The notes under the pieces were generated by a model. It did not search any database and was not told the DNA's origin. It saw only the letters and a list, made by a program, of their open reading frames with translations. A DNA stretch of 64,000 bases from Eledone cirrhosa (taxonomy: Eukaryota), in contig OZ024744.1 in the NCBI GenBank assembly GCA_964016885.1, positions 22,878,001-22,942,000 on the forward strand, written 5' to 3'. Positions 1 through 11,616 of the stretch are shown here, piece by piece. Within the stretch, counting starts at the first letter, position 1, and every line of letters starts with the position of its first letter. The position numbers were made by a program, and so were the translations under genes.

Positions 1-104
1 TATATATATATATATATATATATACATACACATATATATATATATATATGAAAGACGTAAAATAAGAAAATTTTAAAAATTAAAAATTAACTTACTAAAA
101 TTTT

Positions 105-188
105 AACTCCAACTAATTAGTTTCTGTAAGGGGATAAATATAGTTACGTAAGATAACTATAGAGAATTCCTTACGTCATCAGGGAGTC
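105..188 (-). ncRNA. Type I hammerhead ribozyme (copy 1)
   Basis: Minus strand reads gactcc-CTGATGA-cgtaagg...ccttaca-GAAAC-taatta-GTT-ggagtt. Stem I gactcc/ggagtt, stem II gtaagg/ccttac with an inner hairpin, palindromic stem III ACTAATTAGT. Predicted cut after GUU, between 111 and 110. Confidence 0.8.
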
Positions 189-640
189 TATTCTCAGCTA
201 AGTTCCCAGGCAATGCGCGGAAACTAGGAACCCATATAAAAATAATAATTCAGTGGATGGAACAAAGCTAGCGGGGACTAAATTCCAAAGCACTGAAAAA
301 ATTCACTGCCTCTCTGGTCAGTGGCAGATTCTAAAGGATCAATCACGTGACACTGAGGTTAATCAGTGAGGAGTGGGGTGGTATTATGACAATAGCCTAC
401 TACTACCATGAATCACAGCAGTAAATTTTGGCAAATTTTACTCAACAAATAATTTGGAGATAAATATTGAGAATTAGTATATCTACCAACATATGTATAC
501 AGATGTATACTCATGCTAGCAAATATATATGTTATGTCTTACTACCTTTGTGGTTCTATGCAGGGGGATGCAGAACAAGTATATGAAAGACGGAAAATAA
601 GAACATTTTAAAAATTAAAAATTAACTTACTAAAATTTTC

Positions 641-723
641 ACTCCAACTAATTAGTTTCTGTAAGGGGATAAATATAGTTACGTAAGATAACTATAGAGA
701 ATTCCTTACGTCATCAGGGAGTC
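641..723 (-). ncRNA. Type I hammerhead ribozyme (copy 2)
   Basis: Same core and stems as 105-188. Predicted cut between 646 and 645. Confidence 0.8.
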
Positions 724-832
724 TATTAGCTAAGTTCCCAGGCAATGCGCGGACACTAGGAGACCCACATAAAAATATGTTGGTAGATATACTAATTCTC
801 TCTCTATATATATATATATTTATTAAAATAAC

Positions 833-904
833 AGATTAAAGTTTAAGCAAATAATCGCTGCTTTCACCCTTAACGGGATCTTCTGAAACTAACAAAGTCA
901 ATCT
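833..904 (-). ncRNA. Hammerhead-like motif with variant core CAGAAGA
   Basis: Minus strand: agattga...agttt-CAGAAGA-tccc gttaa gggt-GAAA-gca...tgc-TT-aaact-ttaatct. All three stems pair, but core U4 is A. Confidence 0.6.
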
Positions 905-1037
905 GTAGAACGCAGAAGTAAATATTTCAAAAAACGTTGCAACCGGAGGAAGACAGGAAGACGATATTTTGGTTGGTGGAAACGTTCCCTGGCAAAGAAA
1001 GGCAAAAAACGAATATAATACGTCATTATTTGGAGCG

Positions 1038-1215
1038 GTGGATTGGCAGTATCGGTAGAGAGTCGGACACCATGCTTTGAAGCATAGAGTTACGTCCCTT
1101 TATGATCTGAGTTCAAATCCCGCCGAGGTTAACTTTGCCTTTCATCCTTACGGAATCGATAAAATAAAGTACCAGTAATGTACTGTGTACTAGCTTTGTG
1201 CCTAAAATAGAAACA
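1038..1215 (+). mobile_element. tRNA-derived SINE (MetaSINE-like central domain) with 13-bp TSD
   Basis: Box-B-like gagttcaaatcc, then ctttgcctttcatccttacgg.tcgataaaataaagtaccag. TSD attatttggagcg at 1025-1037 and 1216-1228. The paralog at ~38,435 lacks the insertion. Confidence 0.85.
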
Positions 1216-1721
1216 ATTATTTGGAGCGATGAAAAACAATTACACGCAAAGACAAAACCACGTTTATGGTATAAAAGAAGTCGGAGACTAATATTCTATT
1301 AGGTGGTTCATAGAGACGAACGAAAAAAACGAAGATAATACGTCATAAGTGGACCGTGGAGAACAATTGCACGCAAAGAAAAAACGACGTAAATGGTATA
1401 ACTGAAGTCGTAGACTAAAATTCTAACTAGGAAACCGAATGATTCTCGGCTTCAGAGTTAAGAATAAAGTAAATAAAATACAGAGGTAATTGAAATTAAA
1501 TAAATACATACACGCATCCATATACGTACATACACAAGCATACACGAAAACACTCGCCATAGGTATACAAATACACGCACGTACACCCCCCCCCCCCCAA
1601 AAAAAAAACAAAAAAAAACAAAAAAAAAACGCACGCACATACAGAACCCACGCAACGCCCGTACCCATACGAATGTATACACCAAATACAGATAAAAGTA
1701 TATATAAAATATATATATATT

Positions 1722-1753
<32 letters not shown>

Positions 1754-2209
1754 CGTGTATACATATAATTAAATAAACGTATATAAATAAATAAATACGT
1801 ATATAAAAAGCGCACACACATACCTACATGTAAATACACATATGTTCGGAGACGTACGTCAACCAAAACACAAAGTGGACATATACACACACCCTACATA
1901 CGTACGAACCCGCAAACTCACACAGACGCAAAACTCACGTATACACATAACCAAAAGCATATGTACCAGAATATATAATATATACACCATAACATACACA
2001 ATCAAATATACGTACGAGAAAGTATACGTACCTTCACAAAACATACAGGTAATATATACTTACCTATACAAATAAGTAATGGTATAAACATAACATATAC
2101 TTAGCTACCACATCAAGACGTAAAATATCCGCGTATAGTTCGTACTATCCGTAAGGGTATAATGTAGGGCTGTGATAGAGGAAAGTGTTGTGCAATTTAT
2201 GTTTACAAG

Positions 2210-4273
2210 CCGAAATTGCCTCATATTTTTTGTTTAAGATGTGGTCTTTGGCGTAGAGTATTTCCAGGGCCCCAGCGGCGCAGACGTCACATGGTCTTTT
2301 ATTTCCGTTATACGATATGGCCTAAGTTAGGATCTCCCAGTGTAACTTATATTGGGTGTGGTTGTTTTTTAGACTCCAGATATAAGCTGAAAGTGACGTC
2401 ATATTCCTTCTTAAAGGGTTACGAAAAGAATAGGTATTCATGTAAAGACGCTGCTTGAATATATTGGCGGTTAACCCTATGTAGACCCTACGGGACGTGG
2501 GTGTTTCAACCTTACATTTGTAGACAATGTTACTAGAGAGGCATTTCCCGGATAGGGGACAGTCAACCTCATTCCTACAATTACAGTTAGTACTAACTAC
2601 AGGGTTGCAGTGTTCATACGGCTAAGTAGTTTATCTAAATTTGAAGCTGTAATATTATGTGCAAGGTTAGGAGTCGTAAAGTAAGACATTTTAATAGTAT
2701 TTCTATTAAAAATGTTATTATATTTATGTGTAGGGAGAAAATGCTTCATAATAAGGGAGAGAAAGATCTTAGCTAATGGTGTGGCCACCTCCATATTATA
2801 TGGTGAGTTATACCATATAATGCGTCAGGATCTATTTCTTCTAGATCTATTCTCGTACTCTGTATATGCTACCTTATCGACAAATCCACTCCTAGCAAGA
2901 GCTTCATTGTAATATGCGGAATGGTCGTTGAAAATATGCTCGTTAGTAGATAGACGGGAAAGCCTCAAAGAAACGTTTCTTACCAGGTTCTTGGTTATGC
3001 TGGTAGGATGGTTAGAATGCTTACTTATGGAATTAAGCGTATCATTCGGCTTTCTATACGGGTAATACAACCCATTCAATAAATTGAGGGTAACGTCGAG
3101 GTAATTAACGACCGAGAGGTTGGCCTAAATCTGTATGGAGAGGTTGAAGCCTTTAAAGAAGGCTGTGAGTTCTTTTCTGAACCTGTCGCAAGCACGTGGG
3201 CCACACTTAGTCATGGTCAAAAGACCATCATCACGGTACAAACCACCGCCGACGTAGGGGAATTCGTCATTGATAGAGAAAAGAAGGAAAAGGCCGATAA
3301 GATCAGTAACCTCCGCTGAATCGCTGCCGCCCATACTCACGTCGAATGGGGTACTATTGGATTTTTTAATCCAAATAGAGTCGTCGAAATTAATCACTGA
3401 CTTACGGGCATTGAAGATGACATCAACTTCGAAATCCTTAACGACTGTGAGTTTTTTAGCGAAATTGATAGCTCTAAGGAGAAGTGGTAAAGTGATGGAG
3501 GAGTAGTAATTATTGATGTCGAATTGGATAAAACGGCAATGTTCCTTGTTGCATATGCCGTTGAACCAATCAATCGCTGCGAAAGAATTGTTCCACAGTG
3601 CAAGAGAGGCCAAACTTCTAATTTCAGGTATAATTCTATCAAGAATCCTTTTACTAAGTCTACCTAAATCGGACTTCGTAGGGTTAATAAGCCGAATAGA
3701 GGGGTTGTTCGGAAAATTGGACTTGTGATCGTTCAGGGTAAAGTGGGGAGAAATAGGGTCCAGAGGTTCAGTCCGGTCCAGGATGTTGAGATCAGAGGTG
3801 ATTTTAAACCCAGCATCGTTGATTTCATTAATGACGCTCCGATTAGTTTTACGGTAATCCTTAGTTACAGCATTATGTAGTAGTTGATGGTAAGTACTGC
3901 GCTCCATTTGATATAGATTGCCAGTTTTGTCAGAATTGACGTGCACGGCATTAGAATCCTTAATAGAACGGATTCTATTCTTCAGGTCCTGCTGGAAGGA
4001 ATTGCTCCTATTCCGAAATTTGATACTCCGTATGAGTTCCAAGACATCATTTTCGAAGGGTAGCAATGCTGGGTTACTCGGAGGGTTATTATAGGTTTTA
4101 AACCCTAATTTATCCTGTTTGTTGTCTGCTTTTCCATGATTATCGAAATAAAAGGCACGCCAACGCGACCTTTTAATGAACGCGTTTGTTTTCTGTATCA
4201 GAAGTTTTAGGTATGTTTTCCTGCTTGGTACAGGTATGTTCTTTGTAGAAATATTCAGATGTTGTTTCTGCAT
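2210..4273 (-). pseudogene. Penelope (Naiad-type) RT-GIY-YIG polyprotein, disrupted
   Basis: In-frame TAG at 3125-3127 and TGA at 2825-2827, plus a frameshift near 2600. RT and GIY-YIG motifs are recognisable. Confidence 0.85.
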
Positions 4274-4288
4274 GATGAATAATAATAA

Positions 4289-4593
4289 TGGATGAGAGAG
4301 GCAAGAATGGCCCGAGTGAATGGACCTACTCTGAGTCTATGCCTATAAATTGAAGGTGGAAAACTGGGAGAGGACACTTGCCCTGGTGGTCAGGGTCACG
4401 ATTGTTTTTTTTAAATGGGCTTTCTCCACGATGGCCCTCGGAAGTCTCCCACCTATTGGGTAATTTTTCAATGTTCTTTTATCACAACCTCTGTTTTTTT
4501 TACACGCAGAAATGCCTATTTGTACCGTCCTGTATTGTCATGTACTGTCCTTAATGTCTCTTTTATGTAAACCCTTGTGGTTAATAAAGAAAG
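4289..4593 (+). mobile_element. 3' fragment of a divergent Tx1-like LINE ending in (ATT)n
   Basis: Encodes WMREARMARVNGPTLSLCL*, homologous to the ORF2 C-terminus WVKVARMARVNGPSLYIRL*. The 3' end cccttgtggttaataaagaaa matches the other Tx1 copies. Confidence 0.75.
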
Positions 4594-4645
<52 letters not shown>

Positions 4646-4646
<1 letters not shown>

Positions 4647-7600
4647 TTTGACTCTCAGTTATTGATGTTAGTTAACTGGAAAGTTTATTGAAATGAATAT
4701 CAAGCCACTACCTGCAGCCTCAGATATTCAGGACGTATCGGAGGGTTTTTGCTGTTCCCAGCAAGCATGCCTTTTGAAGCGTTCCAAAAAACGTGAAGGG
4801 GCCAATTTTCTTTAACCATCCCTGGAAACTTTTTGAGATAGTACCTAGTGCGCCTATGACAATCGGGACCACTTTGACTTCATGGCAGTTCCAAATCCTT
4901 TTTACCTCCCACTTTAAGTCCTGGTATCGGTTAATTTTCTCCCTCTCCTTCTCTTGCACTCTCGTATCGAATGGGCAGGCCACATCCACAATCAGGCACG
5001 ATCTTTTTTCTTTGTCCACAACCATCAGGTCAGGTCTATTGTGTTCCAGTTTCTTGTCCGTCTGTATCCTAATATCCCACAGCACCTTCACCTTATCGTT
5101 TTCTATCACCGACTCTGGCTTATGCTCATACCACTTCTCAGAATGTGGTAAATTGTTTACTTTGCATAGGTGCCAGTGGATCACCCTGCACATCACATCA
5201 TGTCTCCAGCCCTTATAGTGAGTCTGGGCTAGGTGTTTACACTCGGATACAATGTGAGCCACAGTCTCTTCTCTCTCTCCACAGATCCTGCACAGTGGGC
5301 TAGCCTCCTCCTTGTAAATATGGTGTTTCAACCACTTCGTTTTGAGGGCCTGCTCTTGCGCAGCCATTAACATTCCTACTGTAGCCTTTTTAAGGTCTCC
5401 TCTTTTCAACCAGTTCCATGTCTCTGGATCTCTGAATTCAGTTTTCTCAAAGAAGGTACTATGAAGGGATTTTTCCTGAAGGCTGCTCTTTCTCCTTGAT
5501 GTTATTTCCTCCTTGGACATCCCCTCTCCTTCAGTACAGTTCTGAGCATTGGCTCCTTACTATCAGTCACGTATTTGTGTAGGTTGTTTTTCTCCATCTG
5601 AACACAGTCCTCTATGATGATGAGACCTCTTCCACCTTCAGATCTCCTTAAGTAGAGTTTATCGACATCACTCCTCTTGTGGAACATGTTGTAGATAGTG
5701 AATAGATTCCTAGTCTTCCTATCCATTTCTTTTTGTTCAGCAACATTCCATCTCAGAATTCCCGCACTGTACCTAATAATAGACACAGCATCCGGAATTT
5801 ACTGCACTTATGGCATTCCTACTGTTCAGATGTGACTTTAATACGCTCCCTACTCTCCGAATGTATTCATTTCTTATCAATTCCTTCATTTTTTTGTTCT
5901 TGATGTCATCAGCCTCCAGAACACCCAAATACTTGCATCCTTCTTCAGTGTCAATTTCCTTTATCATCTCACCTGTTGGTACCTGGATTCCGTTACTTCT
6001 GCTCAATTTACCCCTCTTCGTCACAAGGACTCCACACTTACTAATACCAAATTGCATACATATATCATTGCTGAAAATACTGACAGTGTCAACAAGCACA
6101 TACAACTCCTTCTCAATCTTCCCGAAGAGCTTAAGATCGTTCATGAAGAGCAGGTGATTGATGGTAAGCCCTCCCTTTCCCAATCTGTATCCTGCTCTCA
6201 CTTTTCGCAGTGTACTGGTCAGGGGCATCAGGGCAAGGACAAACAACAGAGGGGACAGACTATCTCCCTGGAAGATACCTCTCTTGATCTTCACGCTTCC
6301 CAAGGATTCTCCAGCTGATGTTAACTCTATTTCCCAGGACTTCATACTTTTGCCCAACAACTGTCTGATGTTATCTGCCACCCTGAAGATCTCCAGGCTT
6401 TTGGTGATCCAAGAATGAGGCACCATGTCAAATGCCTTTTTGTAGTCTATCCATCCCATGGCAAGACCAGTGCGTCTCCTTTTGCAATTCCTCATTACCA
6501 TCTTATCAATAAGTAACTGGTCCTTTGTACCACGGGACTTCTTTCGGCATCCTTTCTGTTCGTCCGGTAACAAGTTGTTTGTGTGGTGGTGATGGTAGAT
6601 TTCCTCAGACATAATGCTTGTCAACAGTTTCCACATTACGGACAGACATGTGATAGGTCTATATTTGGTAACATCATTACCCTTGATTCGGTCTTTCATT
6701 ATCAGAACTGTGGTACCTTTTGTCAACCACTCTGGTACCTCACCTGACATCAAGCAGTCATTGAACATGGTTGTCAGTTTCGGGTGGAGGGATGTTATAT
6801 TTTTAATCCAATACCCCTGCACACCATCTGGGCCTGGTGATTTCCAGTTGGTTAGTTTCAACTGTGATACTCAAATCAGTTTGTTGGTGTGCCTGTTCAC
6901 TAATCTCCTTCTGTACTGTCTCAATCCACACTGCCTGGTCATTATGTTTAACATCCTGCTCCCATATTCCTCTCCAGAATGTTTTAGTTTGTTCCGCCCC
7001 AGGGATCAAGTCGTTGCCTCTTTCTTTCCCCTCAAGCTGTCCAAACAGCATCTTCTGGTTGTTGTCAAACATGCGGTTCTGTCTATACTGACTGACTGTT
7101 CTCGTATCGCCTGATTTTTGCACTCTTTGCTACAATGCGTTGCTTCAGTTCCTCTATGATAATATTTAGCTTTTTCCTCCTAGTTTTGTACTTTATTTCC
7201 AGTCTATTTTTAGTGTCTATGTTTTTTAGTGTCCCATTCAGTAGGGACTCAAGCTTTCCAATGTCTTTTCTCATTTCCCTGATTTGACCACTCAGTCGTT
7301 TCTTCCACCAAGGCTTGATCTTTCTTGTTTGTTGTTTCCTCTCGCTTTTATACCAAGTAATTTCCTCACCGTATTTGGTGTTGCTTTGAGGATATTGTTG
7401 CACTGGTGAAGGCTCCTCGCCTCAAGGTATTGGATGACCTTGTTTACCTTAGCTGTTGTTTCTTTTAACTTTTTCCTGTCCACAAATCTTAGGTTCATAG
7501 GTTTCCCACTATCATTGTTCAATTCATCTACCACTAAGTTTAGGATATCAACCAAATCTTGTCCTAGCCCGTCAGCATTCATCTCCTCAGTGGCCGTATC

Positions 7601-7758
7601 TCTGTTCCAGGTATTGTTTATCTCAGCATTCAGATCATTGTCTGCTTCGGATGGTTCCTCCGTTCTCTCGACCTCTTCAGCTTCATTTCCCACTGGCTCG
7701 TTTGCCTGGCATACTCCACTCTCCATTTCCAATCTAATTTCTCTGCTGAGTTCCTCCA

Positions 7759-7759
<1 letters not shown>
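4646..7759 (-). mobile_element. R4/Dong-like non-LTR retrotransposon (RT + CCHC + restriction-like endonuclease), 5'-truncated and frameshifted, flanked by (TAA)n on both sides
   Basis: ORF pieces with WKSPGPDGV, YRPITCL, WIDYKKAFDMVPH, GIFQGDSLSP, LLFMNDLKL, CRICGEREETVAHIVSEC, RHD and HNRPDL...VDVACP. (ATT)n tracts at 4594-4645 and 7760-7792. Dong elements are known TAA-repeat targeters. Confidence 0.88.
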
Positions 7760-7793
<34 letters not shown>

Positions 7794-7973
7794 CATATGA
7801 GTGCGTGTGTGAGTGTTTGCGTGTGTCTGTGTGTAGTGTGTGTGTGTGTGTGTGGTGTGTATACAGACATATTTATTCATATAAATATTTGCTGCTGTAT
7901 TCAACTATCTATCTGTTAATTTATGTACGTGTTTTGTATTGAGATATAATTATCTCAGTGCATGTGCGTGCCC

Positions 7974-8116
<143 letters not shown>

Positions 8117-8252
8117 ACGGGTAAAATTCCCGAGATCCAAGAACGAGTTCTCTCTAGCGGTCTCTGAGGGTCGGGCGCTATGCTTTGCCCCTTTAGGGTC
8201 TGAGTGGGTTTCTTGGTTAGTGTCTAAGTCTCAGACCCGTACTGTGGCATAG

Positions 8253-8657
8253 ACTCAACTGAAGCAACGAAGAGGCGGATCTCCATGTTTTTACGAAGGT
8301 CCTCCTTCCACACCGATCACAAACTGTAGCACGCCGCCCAGGCTTTGTTCTTCCTCTCCACCCCCATCATCCTCTGCATTTCCAATCTTCTGCTCCCAGA
8401 TACAGGAAGTCCTCAACCAATTATAGCAGCTTCCCGCCTACATTAGTAATCTTCTCTGGTTTCTTAATATTCTCTACCAGATACTTCGTCTTAATCTCAT
8501 TCATTCTCAGCCCCACACTCATCGACACAATCTCCACCTCCAGCATCAAATCCTCTTCCCCCTTCACTGTGTTTATCACCAGAACAATGTCGCCGGCAAA
8601 TTCAGCATCTGATATATTTTTAGCCTTAACTCTCCTGCTCTGAGCCAGTGGTAGAGT
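8253..8657 (-). mobile_element. RTE-clade LINE RT fragment, degenerate
   Basis: ISDAEFAGDIVL...VGLRMNEIKTKY...LVEDFLYLG resembles RTE RT domains 5-7. Truncated by the Tx1 copy at 8658. Confidence 0.6.
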
Positions 8658-10266
8658 AAAACAAGGCGTCCTCAATAAGGAGGAGGCAATAACAATATAT
8701 AAACATAAAATAAAATATAACAAAAAATAAAATTTATAACAAAGTCCTCAATAGAGAGGAGGCGCCTTGGGGGGTCGCACACACGCCCGAAAAAAGTGTG
8801 CAACCCTTCTCCTCAGGAGCACAGAGAAGGGGTGCTCCCTTGGTCTTTTATCTTCCTCACCTATAGTCTGATGTAGAGTGAAGGCCCATTCACACGGGCC
8901 ATTCTCGCCACTTTCACCCATCTTTCATAGAAATGGCTGGGGTGCAGCACCTCTCTCTCCATCCTGATCCTTCTTCCGAAATGATATCGGAAGAAACGGA
9001 CCAGTTGTTGGCCAGAGAGAAAGGTGTCTGACCTCAGTCCTTTCAGACGCGTCCACCATACAACCTCTTTCGCCATGGCTATTACGCACAGAAACACCGC
9101 CTCTCCTTCGTTTTTGAAGAGGGGAGGCGGCTTGATCGTTACAATAGACTCGGTGGTCAACCGGATTGGTCCCACCCTTGACAGCAGTTGTTCGACATAG
9201 CCCCACAGATCGGCAATGCCCTAGCAGTGTACCAATGCGTGTGCAACGGTTTCCTCGTCGCACACGCATCTGGGACAGATCTTTTTCTAAGGCTCCCTAC
9301 CCGGGCGCGCGTGTCTGTAGAGCCTTTCTCGAACGGGCAGAGCCCTTCTGTAGCATTGCCAGGTCAGGGACCTCTGGAAGTTATCCATGGGTCCCGGGCT
9401 GAATGTCCTACCGAACAGGTTGGCCAGTTCGTCTTCCTCCATGCCTAGGGCTTCTCCGAGGGCGTCGTCGCACCTGCTAACCACCAGCCCTCTATAGAAT
9501 GACGAGGTGGATTCTCCACTGACAGCCGGGTCCGCCTGCCAGAGAGCCGTGAGCGCCTGGGCACACTCGGTGTGCCAGGCGCCCAGTTTTCTCGGTCTTT
9601 GCTTGACCCAGGATTGCAGCTCGGTGAGTGAGACGAGTCTGGGAAAGGCTCGCCTCACAAACGGGGCCCACACCGGTTGACCGGAGAGGAATACCTTAAG
9701 GTGCCGTAGCCTTAATGCGTGTTTACGCATCATTAGCCACGGCATCCCCAGCCCTCCTTTCGAAGGGTGTTGACAGCAGATGGATCTCCTCACCATAGGA
9801 GCCCGCTTCTTCCAAAGGAATTGGAAGAGTGCGCGCTCCATTTTGGCGAGCGTTTCCCTTGGGCAAGGCACAACGGTCAGGCGGTAGTAGATGACGGACG
9901 CTATATAAGTGTTCGCCACCTCCGCCCGTCCTTTCAGGGACAGTTTGCACTCGGCCCACTTCTGGGTCAGTGCAAACACCCTGTTCGTCACCTCACCCCA
10001 GTTCTTCTCCACCTGGAGGTCTGGTCCGAACCAGACCCCGAGCAACTTCACCGGGCCCTCCGTCCAGCGCCCGACGACGCCATCGGAGGGCATCGATCTG
10101 CCCCTCCACGTGCCGAGTTGCAGACCGATCGACTTGTCCCGGTTCAGCTTAGCCCCTGTAAACCTTGTGTACTCCTCCAGTAAGGTGCCATTCGCCCCGA
10201 TTTCCGAGGCCGTCGACACCATTACTGTTACGTCATCGGCGTAGGCTGACACTGCTTTCCGCAATC
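8658..10266 (-). mobile_element. 5'-truncated Tx1-like LINE copy
   Basis: Close match to 11.4-13.0 kb (AYADDVTV through CPRC zinc knuckle and 3' UTR). Frameshift near 9290. The 5' junction runs directly into (GATA)n. Confidence 0.92.
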
Positions 10267-10267
10267 T

Positions 10268-10296
<29 letters not shown>

Positions 10297-10298
<2 letters not shown>

Positions 10299-10607
10299 TG
10301 TTTCTTTATTAGCCACAGGGGTTCAAAAGAAGGGGACAAATACAAAGGGGGAAGTTTACATACAATAAAAACGTGTAAAATAATATCACAAATACAATTT
10401 AAAAGTTAATCGATTTTCCCCAATAGGGGGAGACATTACATATGGGTAACACATAGACCCGAAAAAAATGTGCAACCCTCATCTCCAGGAGTTTGTACCC
10501 CTTTCCTCTCCTACTCTTTTTCCTCAACCTACAGGCTGATATAGAGAGATGGCCCATTCACTCGGGCCATTCTCGCCACTTTCACCCACCTTTCATAAAA
10601 CTTGCTG
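10297..10607 (-). mobile_element. Short 3' fragment of a Tx1-like LINE subfamily
   Basis: Encodes the ORF2 C-terminus plus 3' UTR with aataaagaaacata, followed by (TATC)n. The 5' junction is at agatagata. Confidence 0.85.
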
Positions 10608-10922
10608 AGATAGATATGTAGTGACCTACATTCCGCGGGCTCACATACATTCTCTGTGCGTGATTTGGCTCAGTTCAGCCAATCAGCGCCAGTAGAAGAG
10701 GATGTATCCCTACGCGCCCTGAGGAAGAAATACCCCGCGAAGATTTGAAGAATCTCTCTCTTGTTTCAGAAACTTCGAACCAGCAACACGCATAATGTAA
10801 CGGTGAGATATTGCACCCTAGCCTCGCCGGCTTAACGGCGCAAAGGCACACTCCCTTTTGTAACCTCATTTTATGTGTAACTTCGACCATACCAAGTTAA
10901 CCAACATTATTTGTGCTACAAC

Positions 10923-11044
10923 TTGCCATTCTGAGTTCAAATCCCGCCGAGGTTAACTTTGCCTTTCATCCTTACGGGGTCGATAAAATAAAGTACCAGT
11001 AATGCACTGGGATAATCGCTGGCCTTGTGCCAATAGTAGAAACA
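10923..11044 (+). mobile_element. 5'-truncated SINE with 17-bp TSD
   Basis: TSD attatttgtgctacaac at 10906-10922 and 11045-11061. Same SINE body as 1038-1215. Confidence 0.88.
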
Positions 11045-11309
11045 ATTATTTGTGCTACAACAAAAATAAACATACATTTCCTCTCTAATTTCTGCTGTTG
11101 ACGTCATTATTATGTTACTCGTGTCTCAATAACATCTATAATCCATGCTGCTGGAATTGGCGACCTGACGAAAGGAATATTGTAAATACTAAGACGGTAA
11201 ATAGATAGAGGGACCTTCCCTCACGTCTATGTCGACAAGACAATGCAACGAGGATATCATCACGTTACAACACTGCCACACTAACAACACTTCATTCAAC
11301 TACCCTGCT

Positions 11310-11352
<43 letters not shown>

Positions 11353-11616
11353 TATTTCTTTTATTTGCCACTAGGGCATCAAAAGTGGGACAAGTACAAA
11401 GGGGGGAGTTTACACAAAAAGGCGTCCTCAATAAGGAGAAGGCAATAACAAAATATAAAAATAAAATAAGATATAACAAAAAATAAAATTTTTAACAAAA
11501 TCCTCAATAGAGAGGAGGCGCCTTGGGGGGTCGCACACACCCCCGAAAAAAGTGTGCAACCCTTCTCCTCAGGAGCACAGAGAAGGGGTGCTCCCTTGGT
11601 CTTTCATCTTCCTCAC

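Larger units (their letters stand above)
46..800 (-). mobile_element. Non-coding Penelope-type pLTR / retrozyme-like element: two ~195-bp direct repeats 535 bp apart plus a short terminal inversion
   Basis: ~46-243 is repeated at ~581-776. 775-800 is the reverse complement of 469-494. Each repeat holds a hammerhead motif on the minus strand, and both ends abut (TA)n/(TC)n. Confidence 0.75.
820..4280 (-). mobile_element. Penelope-like retroelement, Naiad-type (RT + CxCx5Cx5C + GIY-YIG), degenerate, with long 3' region ending in a hammerhead-like motif at (TA)n
   Basis: ORF 4273-3125 has PLE RT motifs (FIQFDINNYYSSI, FDVSMGGSDSAEVTDLIG, GLYRDDGL). The same frame continues through stops (YYPYRKPND, IIWYNSPY). 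After a frameshift it reads CNCRNEVDCPLSGKCLSSNIVYKC...RVYIGLTANIFKQR. The 3' segment 820-1490 has paralogs at 38.2-39.1 kb. Confidence 0.85.

Noticed and set aside
1038-1125. tRNA gene
   Set aside because: Only box A/B-like remnants within SINE heads; no cloverleaf.
2825-2827. In-frame TGA as selenocysteine (some Naiad PLEs encode selenoproteins)
   Set aside because: It lies in a basic RRNRS*RIIW patch where Arg (CGA>TGA decay) is expected. The copy also has a TAG stop and a frameshift, and no SECIS was recognised.
10616-11270. Possible LTR (starts TGTAG, has AATAAA and a tggcgacc PBS-like motif)
   Set aside because: No second LTR, no clear TG...CA boundary next to the PBS-like motif, no TSD and no gag/pol sequence. 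Left unclassified.
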